This document shows, one piece after another, positions 18,370-29,235 of a stretch of DNA of 64,000 bases. Within the stretch, counting starts at the first letter, position 1, and each line of letters begins with the position of its first letter. The notes below the pieces were generated by a model. It saw only the letters and a program-made list of their open reading frames with translations. It was not told where the DNA came from and ran no database searches. Origin of the DNA: Acetatifactor sp. (GTDB taxonomy: Bacteria; Bacillota; Clostridia; Lachnospirales; Lachnospiraceae); contig JAFLRN010000004.1 of the NCBI GenBank assembly GCA_022511385.1, positions 3,075-67,074 of the forward strand. Reading direction: 5' to 3'. The position numbers were made by a program, and so were the translations under genes.

Positions 18370-20220
18370 ATGTTAGAACTGAAAGGGAAAAAAGTAACGC
18401 TGCATGAGGGAGAACTGCTTCGCAGGGAAGAGGCAAACAGACAGTACCTGATGAAGCTTGAAAACCGATACCTGCTCAGAAATTATATGCTGGAGGCAGG
18501 AAGGTATTCCAGCCGGGGAATGGATCCAAATGCAATGGGCGGCTGGGAGGATCCCAGCTGCCAGATCAGAGGTCATTTCCTGGGGCATTGGCTGTCGGCT
18601 GCGGCACTGCGGTACCAGGAAGTGGGAGACAGAGAACTGAAGGCTAAAACAGAAGCAATTCTGGATGAGCTTTTGCTCTGCCAGAAGGACAATGGTGGAG
18701 AATGGGTGTGTCCGATCCCTGAAAAATACCTTTATTGGATCGGAAAGGGCAAGAATATATGGGCCCCCCAGTACAATATACATAAGCTGTTCATGGGGCT
18801 GATAGATGTATATCGGTACATGGAGCTGGAAAATGCCCTGCAGATCGCAGACAAATTGGCGGATTGGTTTAACCGGTGGAGTTCAAGCTATACCAGAGAA
18901 GAATTTGATAACATACTGGATATAGAAACCGGCGGGATGCTGGAAGTCTGGGCTGATCTGCTGGAAATCACTGGAGAGGAAAAATACAGGGCTCTCCTTG
19001 AGCGTTACTATCGAGGAAGACTTTTTGACCCGTTGCTGGAGGGAAAAGATGTTCTGACGAACATGCATGCCAATACTACCATACCTGAAATACTGGGATG
19101 TGCCAGAGCCTATGAGGTGACGGGTGAGGAAAAGTGGATGCAGATTGTACAGTGTTATTGGAAATGTGCTGTGACCGACAGGGGCTACTATGTAACCGGC
19201 GGACAGACTCAGGGCGAGATTTGGACCCCCATGAAAAAGCTGAAGGCGAGATTGGGGGATAAGAATCAGGAACATTGCACGGTTTATAACATGATACGTC
19301 TGGCTGAATTTTTGTTCCGTCATACAAAAGATCCCAAGTATATGCACTATATTGAGTATAATATGCGCAACGGCATCATGGCGCAGACATATCACCACGG
19401 GGTTCCCTGGAAGGGAAGTCCATGGACCGGATTGCTGACTTATTTCCTTCCCATGAAAGCCGGCAGTAAGAAAGACTGGGCCGGTGAAATGGACAGCTTC
19501 TTCTGCTGTCACGGCACCATGGTTCAGGCCAACGCTGCGTGGAACCGCAACATTTATTATCAGGATGGTCAGACTCTTTATGTGACCATGTATGCCGATT
19601 CCGAGGCTGTCTTTGAAATGGGCGGTCATAAGATAAAATTGACCCAGAGACAGGATTATATGAATGGCAGTCTGATGAATTCTTCTGAAAACAGTGTACA
19701 GCAGACTGTGAACGAAATCACCAGTACCTATGCCAACAAACCAGATTTCAGGAAATACGTATTTACCATGCATCTGGATGAGAAACTGGAATACAGGCTA
19801 TGCCTGCGCATTCCGGACTGGGTGGCAAAACAGGCTAAGGTTTATGTAAACAATGAGCTGAAAGCGGAAACGGATTGTACCGACGAGTTCCTTTCTCTGG
19901 AGAGAACCTGGAAGAATGGGGACAGCGTTGTTCTCCTGCTGCCCATCAAATTAAGCTTTATCCCCCTTCCCGATGATCCTCAGACGGGAGCATTCCGCTA
20001 TGGCCCGGATGTATTGGCCGGAATTACGGAGGTGGAAAGGGTTCTGAAGCTGGATGGCCAGGATCCTGAGTCGGAATTGTCAGCTGATACGGAGCGTGAA
20101 TGGGGAACCTTCCGCACCTTTTACCGAACAGAGAATCAGGATCCGGGCATCAATTTTAAGAAATTAAATGAGATAGGGTATGAACCTTATCAGATCTATT
20201 TTAAAGTGAAAAAGGGCTGA
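18370..20220 (+). CDS. GH127/GH146-type beta-L-arabinofuranosidase
   Basis: GGWE, RGHFLGHWLSA, HANTTIP, EHCTVYNM, FFCCHGT motifs. Confidence 0.85.
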   Translation: MLELKGKKVTLHEGELLRREEANRQYLMKLENRYLLRNYMLEAGRYSSRGMDPNAMGGWEDPSCQIRGHFLGHWLSAAALRYQEVGDRELKAKTEAILDELLLCQKDNGGEWVCPIPEKYLYWIGKGKNIWAPQYNIHKLFMGLIDVYRYMELENALQIADKLADWFNRWSSSYTREEFDNILDIETGGMLEVWADLLEITGEEKYRALLERYYRGRLFDPLLEGKDVLTNMHANTTIPEILGCARAYEVTGEEKWMQIVQCYWKCAVTDRGYYVTGGQTQGEIWTPMKKLKARLGDKNQEHCTVYNMIRLAEFLFRHTKDPKYMHYIEYNMRNGIMAQTYHHGVPWKGSPWTGLLTYFLPMKAGSKKDWAGEMDSFFCCHGTMVQANAAWNRNIYYQDGQTLYVTMYADSEAVFEMGGHKIKLTQRQDYMNGSLMNSSENSVQQTVNEITSTYANKPDFRKYVFTMHLDEKLEYRLCLRIPDWVAKQAKVYVNNELKAETDCTDEFLSLERTWKNGDSVVLLLPIKLSFIPLPDDPQTGAFRYGPDVLAGITEVERVLKLDGQDPESELSADTEREWGTFRTFYRTENQDPGINFKKLNEIGYEPYQIYFKVKKG

Positions 20221-20259
20221 TATCAGAATGTGTACAGGTGCATTGAATTCAGATAACGG

Positions 20260-20291
20260 AAATGGGGCAGCGATAAACGCAGCCCCATTTT
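20260..20291. terminator. Hairpin between convergent genes
   Basis: AAATGGGGC...GCCCCATTT inverted repeat. Confidence 0.55.
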
Positions 20292-20326
20292 CACGTTATG
20301 ACACTCTTGTCACCATCTCATCAACT

Positions 20327-22021
20327 CTACTCTTCCACCTTCACTAAGCTCAAGTTTGTCACCGTCAGAGTATATGGTACGCTCTCTCCGTGCTTTCCGC
20401 AGTTATAAACCAGCGCCACATTACCATCCGTCTTTTCTTCCATAGTAATGACAGCCGAATAATGCTGCACCTCCTGGGTACAATCTATGCTGCCTGACGC
20501 ATACACGCCATAAGGATCATAATTCTGCTGGAAATGGAAGGCAATTGTGACATTCTTCGTTGCCACATAATCAAAGGAAAGCTCATAGGACACTCCTTGC
20601 TCCAGCGTAATATGGGTGTAGGTGGGCTGGATATACCATTCCTCGTCCCCACCATCTGTGACTTCTACAGAAGTTCCATTGGGAAGATACGATATTGTGG
20701 CTTTTGCACTGGAATTCACCCAGCCAGACCAGTTATCCACATTAGCGCAGAGGTTATCCGTAGCCTCCCCCTCGTCTTCTCCCTGAGGAATATATTCCTC
20801 GCCTTTTGCGGTCGCTACCAGCATTCCCAGAAGATCCTTATGCGCCACCTGCAGGCTTCTGCGGTTAATGAGCCTGTATGCATCTCCGTTATCCCACCAG
20901 AAGCACTTTATGCCATACTCCCGGCAGGTTTCCACATAGTATTTTATCCAGGACAGACGCTGTTCGGTATTATTTTTATCCACACTGCCAAACTCCCCAA
21001 TAATGACCGGAATTCCCTTCTGGACAAAGCTGGTGTACATATTCTTCAGATAGCTGTCCACACTGGCTTTGTCCCAGGTGGTAGCATTAGGATATTCTTG
21101 AGCCGTAAAATTAAAGGGCTGATAAATATGTGCACTCACGACCAAACTGTTATCCACCGTGTCTATGGGGAGCACAAAGCCTTTCGTTACGCTACTGTTT
21201 CCACCGGCACAATAGGTATTGACTACAAGGATTCTCTCAGCGTTATTTCCACCCGAAGCCCGAACGGTGTCCACAAAGAGCTGGTTCAACTCATTGGTGA
21301 TCTCCACCGCCCGACTGTCTGGATTCACCCACTCATTGTTATCGTTCAGAAGCTCATTGAAACCCTCAAACATCAGGTGCTCGTCATAGTCTCCAAACCT
21401 TTCGCAGATCTGCTTCCAGATGGCGGTAAACATCGCCTTGTCTTCGTCAAGGTTCGTATCGCTTGCCCTCAGCCACCCGTCGCTCCCAGTATCGTGATGC
21501 ACGTTGAGAAGACAATACATATCGTCATTTATTACGTAATCCACAATCTCCTGAACCCGGTCCATCCATGCCTCGTCGATCACATAGTTATCATCCATAT
21601 GATTAAACCATGTTACCGGAACCCTCACCGCATTGATACCGCTATCCTTCACCAGATCGATCAGCTCCTGGGATGTCTTGGGATTTCCCCATGCCATCTC
21701 AGAATTCAGTCCTACATTTTTACCAAGCTCCGTACCGCTATAGCTGTCTAAAGTATTTCCCAGGCTCCAGCCAACCACAATGTTATCCATTAGTTCCGCT
21801 GCCGGCCCCGTAAGCGCTATCACTTCCGGGGCAGGTGTCTCTGTCCGCTGGCCCGCGCTCTCGTTTTCCTGATTCTGTGAAGACGGTTCCTCATGCTCGG
21901 GCACCGATGAAGGCTCAATCGTCGGCAGCGTCTCCTGATCCTCCCTGCCGCCGCAGGCAGTCAAGCCAAGCATCATAGCTGCCACAATACACACCACCAA
22001 AACTGTTTTTATCTTCCTCAT
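20327..22021 (-). CDS. Lipoprotein GH5 endoglucanase with C-terminal CBM4_9-like module
   Basis: Lipobox LTAC; GWSLGNTLD, AVRVPVTW, NVHHD, FEGFNE (acid/base), IIGEFG (nucleophile), FWWDNG. Confidence 0.88.
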   Translation of the reverse strand: MRKIKTVLVVCIVAAMMLGLTACGGREDQETLPTIEPSSVPEHEEPSSQNQENESAGQRTETPAPEVIALTGPAAELMDNIVVGWSLGNTLDSYSGTELGKNVGLNSEMAWGNPKTSQELIDLVKDSGINAVRVPVTWFNHMDDNYVIDEAWMDRVQEIVDYVINDDMYCLLNVHHDTGSDGWLRASDTNLDEDKAMFTAIWKQICERFGDYDEHLMFEGFNELLNDNNEWVNPDSRAVEITNELNQLFVDTVRASGGNNAERILVVNTYCAGGNSSVTKGFVLPIDTVDNSLVVSAHIYQPFNFTAQEYPNATTWDKASVDSYLKNMYTSFVQKGIPVIIGEFGSVDKNNTEQRLSWIKYYVETCREYGIKCFWWDNGDAYRLINRRSLQVAHKDLLGMLVATAKGEEYIPQGEDEGEATDNLCANVDNWSGWVNSSAKATISYLPNGTSVEVTDGGDEEWYIQPTYTHITLEQGVSYELSFDYVATKNVTIAFHFQQNYDPYGVYASGSIDCTQEVQHYSAVITMEEKTDGNVALVYNCGKHGESVPYTLTVTNLSLVKVEE

Positions 22022-22254
22022 TATCGCTCCTATCTGCCTGCTCCAGCCGGCTGTTACAGAAATATAGAAATGCTAAAGTGTTCTTTCATTATGATTATGA
22101 CACCTCTGCTCAAGGATTGTCAAGAGCCGCTCCACGCTCGTTATAATTCCTGTGCCCATCATAAACAATTACCTCATATTATGACATTGTAACACATTTT
22201 CTTTCTGGACATGTTTTGGGGCCAAGAGGCAAGAAAATTATACCTGAAATCTAT

Positions 22255-22283
22255 TTGACAGGGGTATTTTGCCATGGTAACAT
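22255..22283 (+). promoter_or_regulatory. Sigma-A-type promoter
   Basis: TTGACA-N17-TAACAT with TG extension, upstream of the binding-protein gene. Confidence 0.55.
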
Positions 22284-22337
22284 ACAAAAGTAAAGAGAAA
22301 CCGTTGAAAATGCAATGATAATACGGAGAGGTTTATC

Positions 22338-23120
22338 ATGAAAAAGAAAGTGAGCTTGATTTTGGCTGTGTGCATAACTGCTCTGCTGGCAGCCTGCGGT
22401 AAAAGTGAAACCATCACTTTTACAGTGGGATTCGACGCTGAGTTTCCCCCTTACGGCTATATGAACGATGACGGGGACTATGTGGGCTTTGACCTGGATC
22501 TGGCAGAGGAAGTATGCCACAGAAACGGCTGGGAGCTTATGAAGCGCCCTATTGACTGGGAATCTAAGGATACGGAGCTGTCTGATGGTTCCATCGACTG
22601 CATATGGAATGGTTTCACCATGAACGGACGTGAGGACGAATATACCTGGAGCTCACCCTATGTGGACAACAGCCAGGTATTTGTGGTTGCAGCAGATTCC
22701 GGTATTACCACTTTTGCAGACCTTGCAGGTGCTGCGGTGGGTGTCCAAAGTGATTCCTCCGCACTGAGAGCTCTGAATGATGAAGAGGTACCTGAAAATA
22801 TTACACTCCGGGACAACCTTGGCAGCCTGACAGAATATGCGGACTATAACACCGCTTTCATGGATCTGGAAGCGGGCGTGCTGGATGCAGTAGCAATGGA
22901 TATCGGCGTGGCCGAGTATCAGATTGAATCCAGCGGCGACAGATTTATCATCCTGGAACAGCGTCTGGCAACCGAGCAGTACGGTGTGGGCTTCCTGCTG
23001 GGAAACGAAAAACTGCGTGATACTGTGGAAGCCACTCTGCAGGAAATGGCGGAGGACGGCACCTTGGAGAAGCTCGCAAGGATATGGGGCCTGTCTGACA
23101 ACATTTGCTTTGGAAAGTAA
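22338..23120 (+). CDS. Amino-acid ABC transporter substrate-binding lipoprotein
   Basis: Lipobox LAAC; GFDAEFPPYGY, GFDLDLA, IDCIWNGFT, EQYGVGF. Confidence 0.9.
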   Translation: MKKKVSLILAVCITALLAACGKSETITFTVGFDAEFPPYGYMNDDGDYVGFDLDLAEEVCHRNGWELMKRPIDWESKDTELSDGSIDCIWNGFTMNGREDEYTWSSPYVDNSQVFVVAADSGITTFADLAGAAVGVQSDSSALRALNDEEVPENITLRDNLGSLTEYADYNTAFMDLEAGVLDAVAMDIGVAEYQIESSGDRFIILEQRLATEQYGVGFLLGNEKLRDTVEATLQEMAEDGTLEKLARIWGLSDNICFGK

Positions 23121-23147
23121 GTGGGAGTTACATACACTTATGCATTC

Positions 23148-25418
23148 CTATTCTGCACCCTTCAGCGCTTCCACCATATCAATCTTTTTATTTTTGCCTG
23201 CCACCATCCAGCCTACCAGCAGGGAGGTTCCGAAGGTCAGCAGGATGCTGAATAAGTATGTGAGAAGACTCACTGACAGCTTCAATTCATATTCGGTGGC
23301 CAGCGCCTTGATCAATCCATAGAGTGTGCCCACTCCGCCGGGTGCTCCGATCAGAACGCCGACAACCGTCAACCAGAGATTCTGACTGACCAGCAGGCGG
23401 CCCACATGCCGGTCGCGGAAGCCAAGGACCTTCAGGGTCGCCAGCTCACGGCTGCGCTCCAGGTAACTCATGACGCCCAGGTTGTACAGGACATTGATAC
23501 CCAGAACGATGGCCGCAACCACCAACAGCAGCACCATCATATTCATGATATCCAAAAAGCTGTCATAGGAATCCATCATGGTCTGTTTATCCTGCTTCCC
23601 TGTAATGACAGAAGATGTCTCAATATCATCCGTTTTTCTGTCAGTAAAAATCGCGGTGATATTATAGGAAAGCCCTAATCTGTCAGCACATGTATCTGTG
23701 ATAACGATGCTCTCCGTTATGACCGAGCGATAATAACCCGCCACTTTCACCTCGTAGGTTTCCTCACTGCCGTAGGGAGAGAATGTAATGGTGTCGCCTA
23801 TCCTTGCAGTATCCATGAGACGTTGGCAGAGATAGACACCGTCGTCCGTCAGCGTCATGGGGTCATTGTTCCCGTCCACAAAACCTATCCAGCCATTCTC
23901 TGCAGAGTAGATTTCCAGTGTGACCGCCTTGCCCCCATAGCTTACGCCGCAGGATGCCAGCCAATCCCCATCCACCTGCTTAGCAAGCGCAAGAGCATCC
24001 TCCTTTGATGCCGTATCAGACAGATTGATCCTCGTTGTATAGTTGCAAATGTCCTCGTCAAGCAGCCTCAGATATTCCGCCATGGTATCCTTCATGCCAA
24101 ATCCGCCCACCAGAAGTATCATGCAGCCCGTTACCCCGATCAGGGTCATGGCCGAACGGGATTTGTGCCGCAGTACATCCCGGAGATTCCATTTTGTTCC
24201 GAAAGACAGACTGTTCCAGAGGGGCAGTCGTTCCAAAACGATCTTCTTCATGGCCTTCGGGACGTAAGGACGCAGTGCGTCAGCGGCAGTGCCCTTCAGC
24301 ATCTGCCTGACAGAAAGAAAGCTGATCAGAGTCAGGAGCAGCACGATCAGCACCAGAAGCGGCCAACAAAAGCTCGGCATCACAAGGGACCAATCCGGCA
24401 GATCAAAATAAGTACTCATCATTCCGTCAGGGCTAATAATGAGCGCCGCAATTCCATATCCCAGAACAATTCCCAAAGCTGTTCCCGCAATCCCTATCAC
24501 AAGTCCATAGGAGGTATAATGCCTCAAAATCCGCTTATCGCGGAAGCCCAGCGCCTTCAACGTACCGATCTGGGTCTTCTCATTGACAGTGATCCGGTGC
24601 ATAGTGGTAACCATGGTCAGTATCGCAATTACCAGGAACAGTACCGGCAGAATGGATCCCATGGTCTGTCCCTCCTCCGTCTCGCTCAAAGCTCCGGCAT
24701 AGGACACATGCTCATCCTTGGAAAGAGTCAGCGTTGTCCTGCCCAATGCCTCCGCTGCCGCCTGCTCCAGTTCAGCCTTCTCCAGATTGGAGCGCAGATT
24801 GATCTGGGGATAGTATGCCATGCCCATGACCTGATCTAACGTCTTTGGTGTCACATAAGCAAAACCAAAGGAGGCAAAATCCGGCATCAGCTGATTCTCA
24901 CCAGGCGTACATATCATCATTTCGCCGCTTTTGATCAGGCCCACAATCTCCCGGCTGACTTCCCTGCCGTCAAAGACCAAGCTGAGCGTATCACCGATAT
25001 CCAGGCCGTTCTCCTCCGCGAAACGGTCTGACAGCCATACGCCGTCGCAATTTTCATCATATTCCATGCCCTTCATGACAAGCATGGTAGAAACATTATA
25101 GTCCTCCGACACATTCAGGCAGACCGCTTTCTGTGAATCCTTCAGATCCACGTTGACAGAGAAGAATCGCGTAGCTGTGTCCACGCCTTCTATCTTCCGG
25201 ACTGCTTCGATGTCCTCCTCCGAAAAGCCGGTCTGTGCATAAAGCCGGAAGTCGGCATATTTCGTCTCCTCAAAGAAAGACGAGGTGTCCGCTTCAATGC
25301 TTTTCCACTCAATATTAAAACCCAGGAAAATCCCTACGCCTATGGCCACCATAATGATCATGGAGATAAATTGTGCTTTGTATTTCCATGCAGTGCGGAA
25401 CAGTTTTCGTATCATCAT
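23148..25418 (-). CDS. FtsX/MacB-type ABC transporter permease
   Basis: Two FtsX-like repeats (QIGTLKALGF; ELATLKVLGF) and terminal KIDMVEALKG. Confidence 0.88.
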   Translation of the reverse strand: MMIRKLFRTAWKYKAQFISMIIMVAIGVGIFLGFNIEWKSIEADTSSFFEETKYADFRLYAQTGFSEEDIEAVRKIEGVDTATRFFSVNVDLKDSQKAVCLNVSEDYNVSTMLVMKGMEYDENCDGVWLSDRFAEENGLDIGDTLSLVFDGREVSREIVGLIKSGEMMICTPGENQLMPDFASFGFAYVTPKTLDQVMGMAYYPQINLRSNLEKAELEQAAAEALGRTTLTLSKDEHVSYAGALSETEEGQTMGSILPVLFLVIAILTMVTTMHRITVNEKTQIGTLKALGFRDKRILRHYTSYGLVIGIAGTALGIVLGYGIAALIISPDGMMSTYFDLPDWSLVMPSFCWPLLVLIVLLLTLISFLSVRQMLKGTAADALRPYVPKAMKKIVLERLPLWNSLSFGTKWNLRDVLRHKSRSAMTLIGVTGCMILLVGGFGMKDTMAEYLRLLDEDICNYTTRINLSDTASKEDALALAKQVDGDWLASCGVSYGGKAVTLEIYSAENGWIGFVDGNNDPMTLTDDGVYLCQRLMDTARIGDTITFSPYGSEETYEVKVAGYYRSVITESIVITDTCADRLGLSYNITAIFTDRKTDDIETSSVITGKQDKQTMMDSYDSFLDIMNMMVLLLVVAAIVLGINVLYNLGVMSYLERSRELATLKVLGFRDRHVGRLLVSQNLWLTVVGVLIGAPGGVGTLYGLIKALATEYELKLSVSLLTYLFSILLTFGTSLLVGWMVAGKNKKIDMVEALKGAE

Positions 25419-25421
25419 AGC

Positions 25422-26123
25422 TTACCACTCCACTTCCTCTGCACTCATGGGCGCAGACTGCTCCTCGCAAGAGCGGATTTTTCCGTTTTTCACCCTGATC
25501 ACCACGTCCGCCATTTTGGCTATGTTCTGGTTATGGGTAACGATCACGATGGTCTTTTTATAATTCCGTGCCATGGACAACAGCAGCTTTAACACCATCA
25601 CACCCGTCTCAGAATCCAAGGCGCCGGTGGGCTCGTCGCAGAGCAGTATCTTTGGATTTTTCGCCAGCGCCCGGGCAATGGATACACGCTGCTGTTCACC
25701 GCCCGAAAGCTCCGACGGAAATTGCTTTATATGGTCTGCAAGTCCAACCTCCACAAGCATCTGTTTTGCGTCCAGGGGATTGCTTACAATCTCCTTGACC
25801 AGCGCCACATTTTCCAGCACTGTCAGCGTGGGGATCAGATTGTAAAACTGGAACACAAAACCCACCGTTTCCGCTCTGTAATCGGCAAGTTCGTTTGATG
25901 TAAGTGTGGATATGTCGCGGCCGTTTACCGTAATCTTACCGCTGGTTGGACTGTCAAGACCTCCCAGCAGGTTCAGCAGCGTACTCTTCCCTGCCCCGCT
26001 GGGGCCGAGAATGACCACAAATTTTCCCTCCTCCAACGACAGGTTGACCCCGTCTAGGGCTTTTTGTTCGTGATCTCCGCTTTTGTATATACGGGTCACA
26101 TTTTCAAATGTTACGATTGCCAT
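25422..26123 (-). CDS. ABC transporter ATP-binding protein (LolD/MacB type)
   Basis: [25 protein letters not shown]; AGGAGG RBS before ATG 26123. Confidence 0.93.
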   Translation of the reverse strand: MAIVTFENVTRIYKSGDHEQKALDGVNLSLEEGKFVVILGPSGAGKSTLLNLLGGLDSPTSGKITVNGRDISTLTSNELADYRAETVGFVFQFYNLIPTLTVLENVALVKEIVSNPLDAKQMLVEVGLADHIKQFPSELSGGEQQRVSIARALAKNPKILLCDEPTGALDSETGVMVLKLLLSMARNYKKTIVIVTHNQNIAKMADVVIRVKNGKIRSCEEQSAPMSAEEVEW

Positions 26124-26289
26124 ATGGAACCTCCTTGCATATCTTTGTGAGTTCTTATGTTTATGGTTAGCTTTAACTAACACACTGTGTTAAATGTAAC
26201 CGCTCTCCAGAGCGGTTTATTCTCAGATGATCGTCGTAACCAATGCATGAAAGAAGCGCATGTTGGTTAGAGACATCTAACTCTTTCAT

Positions 26290-26318
26290 AGAATAATATA
26301 CTTAACACTTTTTGTCAA
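26290..26318 (-). promoter_or_regulatory. Sigma-A-type promoter of the ABC operon
   Basis: TTGACA-N17-TATTCT on the minus strand. Confidence 0.6.
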
Positions 26319-26434
26319 TAAAAATTTCTTGCACAAACTTACAAACATTACATCTGATAACAGTAAATTGAGTTGTCTGCGCAGTGACGCTTGAAAGCAT
26401 CTCTTAATAGCATCCTTCGCCTCGCATAATGTAA

Positions 26435-26743
26435 TTAAATATGTCCCTCTGCTGTAAGACGGCTTATTGATGTCTCTATCGCCAGATTCACATCTTCCTC
26501 AATATCATAATAAATGATAAGCTGCATAACGGCATTTAGCACATCCCTTACTTCTCCCGCAAGCTTTTCTTTTGACGGCTCACCATGCCTCTGACACTTT
26601 GTACCACTATTCTCAAAATGATTGACCTCGGCTGCAACTTCACCGCATTCTTCAAGAAGCCTTGTCATAATCTCATATGGGGAATTGCCGCCAGGAAATC
26701 TGTTGTTCATTCCTTTTGCCATAATCAGCGCTTTATCCAGCAT
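26435..26743 (-). CDS. MazG-like nucleotide pyrophosphohydrolase domain protein
   Basis: RLLEECGEVA...LAGEVRDVL acidic metal-binding pattern. Confidence 0.7.
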   Translation of the reverse strand: MLDKALIMAKGMNNRFPGGNSPYEIMTRLLEECGEVAAEVNHFENSGTKCQRHGEPSKEKLAGEVRDVLNAVMQLIIYYDIEEDVNLAIETSISRLTAEGHI

Positions 26744-26791
26744 TATCTTACCTCCCAAATAATACACATCAACCTGATAATTGGATTTCAA

Positions 26792-27310
26792 TTACTGTAT
26801 CTTGTCAAGAACATTGAATATTACTTCTAAGTTTCTTTTCAAATCTCCCTTTACTTCCATACGATGTCCTACATTAGGCTCAATATAACACCTTATTCCT
26901 TCTTTTTCACACAACTCACTCAAAGATTTCGAATCCAGATACCTGTCATTCTCTCCAGCAGAAACCATGATAATATTATTCTCATTATTTATGTACGGAA
27001 GAGTGTCCTTCAGCGGTGTAAAAAGAATTAACGATGCGGAAATCTTATATTTTTCTTTTATTTTACACGCCACGACTGTACCTATGCTTTTTGCTATAAA
27101 TACAATATCATCATATTCCTCCACAGCAATGGATTGAATAATCTTTTCTGCCGCTTCAAATAACATCTCAAACTTTACTTCGTCCGAATTAGGATAATTG
27201 ATGAACAATTTCTCATATCCTAAATCTTCAAAATACTTTGAAGTAAAATAGAGAAGAGGTATTTCATATCCTCGGCCACCCGGAAAAGAAATAACTATTT
27301 TTTTACCCAT
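26792..27310 (-). CDS. Alpha/beta hydrolase fold protein
   Basis: FPGG, AKSIG nucleophile elbow, GENDR, VGHRM. Confidence 0.7.
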   Translation of the reverse strand: MGKKIVISFPGGRGYEIPLLYFTSKYFEDLGYEKLFINYPNSDEVKFEMLFEAAEKIIQSIAVEEYDDIVFIAKSIGTVVACKIKEKYKISASLILFTPLKDTLPYINNENNIIMVSAGENDRYLDSKSLSELCEKEGIRCYIEPNVGHRMEVKGDLKRNLEVIFNVLDKIQ

Positions 27311-27420
27311 ATAAATCCCCTCCACTCACTCGTCATTTCTATTATCATCGCATAAAATTCTTCATTGGAATTATAAAATAACTCCCTTTTACAAGAGTGC
27401 TCCTACGAGAAATCAGAAGA

Positions 27421-27837
27421 TTAATTTATCCATACATACCTTATTTCCCAATTACTATCCCATGATACTTCAATAAAATGACCAAACATAAATCTTTCAT
27501 TTGAAAGACAAGAACTAATCATTTGATCTTCAGGAGTCATTACAAATGAATCAAAATATAACTCCGAACACATTTGAGCTGGTGAGTTTACTAAGGTCCT
27601 ATCTACACCATAAAAGCCGTAAAATCTATCATCAAATGCACTCTGGACTAAATCATCTGCATGGTATACAGCATATCGTAACTTTTCATAATATATATTT
27701 ATGAATTCAATATCAAAGTCTTCATTTGACATTCCCACACTATCAATAATATAGTAACCTTGAGGTTCATCATACGGACTACGAAATCGTTTGTTATTCC
27801 CAATAATATTAAGTATAATATCTTTATTCAACACCAT
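27421..27837 (-). CDS. Hypothetical acidic protein, low GC
   Basis: 138-aa ORF with AAGGA RBS; no recognised motif. Confidence 0.6.
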   Translation of the reverse strand: MVLNKDIILNIIGNNKRFRSPYDEPQGYYIIDSVGMSNEDFDIEFINIYYEKLRYAVYHADDLVQSAFDDRFYGFYGVDRTLVNSPAQMCSELYFDSFVMTPEDQMISSCLSNERFMFGHFIEVSWDSNWEIRYVWIN

Positions 27838-27948
27838 TTTAACTTTCCTTTATGACGTAAATTCAGTTTATCCTACTAGCAACTCACACGTAAAAAGTGA
27901 CTCAGATAATATCTGTGTTGAACAACAAAAAGATAAATCCGCAATGCT

Positions 27949-28374
27949 TTATATTTGTCCATACTCCATTTGCTCCGCAATCACAGACCAGTATGATTCG
28001 GAATCACAAAATGCATCAGGTTCAATTGCCACAACCAATTTCTTGAAACCGTCGGCATATTCTCTTAATGCCTTATCAGAAGGATTTTCTTCCATGAAAT
28101 AATCATCGCTATATTGTTTATACAGGTTTAATTCTTGCATAAACGCTTCAATATCCCTAGAAATATATCTCATATTGTCCAAATGTGTATCAGAAGCCGT
28201 TTCTAAATAAAACACTTGTTTATCCGGCGCCATACCTATATAATTTCCCACATCGTCTTTTGCAATAATCTCATAATCTTTCCCTAAAAATGACATAGTA
28301 TAAAAATCTTTTACATGAAAAAATTCAATGTCCTGTATCAACTGATTTGGTAAAATAAGTTTGCTATACATCAT
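27949..28374 (-). CDS. SUKH-4-like immunity protein
   Basis: C-terminal IEPDAFCDSESYWSVIAEQMEYG resembles the SUKH-4 end motif; acidic, 141 aa. Confidence 0.6.
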   Translation of the reverse strand: MMYSKLILPNQLIQDIEFFHVKDFYTMSFLGKDYEIIAKDDVGNYIGMAPDKQVFYLETASDTHLDNMRYISRDIEAFMQELNLYKQYSDDYFMEENPSDKALREYADGFKKLVVAIEPDAFCDSESYWSVIAEQMEYGQI

Positions 28375-28398
28375 TTCACAGTCCTTTCGCTGAGGGCG

Positions 28399-28618
28399 CT
28401 ATATTCTATTTCCATCTTTGCGGTTTCGGATTTTATATACGACCGCAACAATTACCAGCACCACCAGCGTTACAGGCAAACCACTCGCCATCATCCATAT
28501 CCGCGTAGCCTGTGAAATCAACCAAATAACCAGTATATCCTGCCCGCTCTGCAGCCTTCTCCCGCTGTTTAGCTTCAATGACAAAATCCGCCATCAGCAC
28601 TGCTGGTACCAAAATCAT
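28399..28618 (-). pseudogene. Probable membrane-protein gene remnant
   Basis: Two overlapping 61-aa frames; one ends in a TM helix plus basic tail; no convincing start. Confidence 0.35.
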
Positions 28619-28659
28619 TATTGTCAGTCCAATTGATTACTCAATCAGTATATGTTTTG

Positions 28660-29133
28660 TCAAAACATCGCAATGCGAATTTCTACCATCTTCTTAAGAA
28701 ATAACAAGTCTTCAGAGTTAGGATTATCAAATCGGAACGTACAGCCGCAAACATCGTGAAACTCTTTCCCGAATACTATTTTATACCGTCCTCCGCTGCA
28801 AGAACCGCAATGTCCACAATGGTCAATATGCTTCCAGGCATTTTCCTTCATCTCATCGTCAAGCGTATAGTCTCCGAGCCATTCCGACTTCATATCATCT
28901 GACCAAACTGTCCAATGATTGTACGGTTCATCCGGGTCTTTAATAGCGATAAAACAGACACATGTCTCATCATGTTTTACCCAATAATATATTTTATTTT
29001 TCCAACAATCACAGCTATCTTTAAAAAAGGTCAAATGATTACTTTCTAAGTAGTTCACAAATTCTAACGCTGTTTTCTGTTCCTCTGAAGATAATTCTCT
29101 ACGAATGTAGTCTTTGATGTTTAGCTCAGCCAC
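28660..29133 (-). CDS. Hypothetical protein with Cys cluster
   Basis: AGGAG RBS; HCGHCGSC...VCGC possible metal site. Confidence 0.7.
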   Translation of the reverse strand: MAELNIKDYIRRELSSEEQKTALEFVNYLESNHLTFFKDSCDCWKNKIYYWVKHDETCVCFIAIKDPDEPYNHWTVWSDDMKSEWLGDYTLDDEMKENAWKHIDHCGHCGSCSGGRYKIVFGKEFHDVCGCTFRFDNPNSEDLLFLKKMVEIRIAMF

Positions 29134-29235
29134 TGTTTATTCTCCTTTAGCAGTTTCCATTGGAATCTATATAGTAAGCCCATCGCGTCATTTTACCAAG
29201 AGTTACTGCCCTTTGCGGACATTTTACCATACTTT

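Noticed and set aside
26198-26217. CTCTGGAGAG resembling a glycine riboswitch segment
   Set aside because: The other conserved aptamer elements are absent; the sequence is explained by a simple palindrome.
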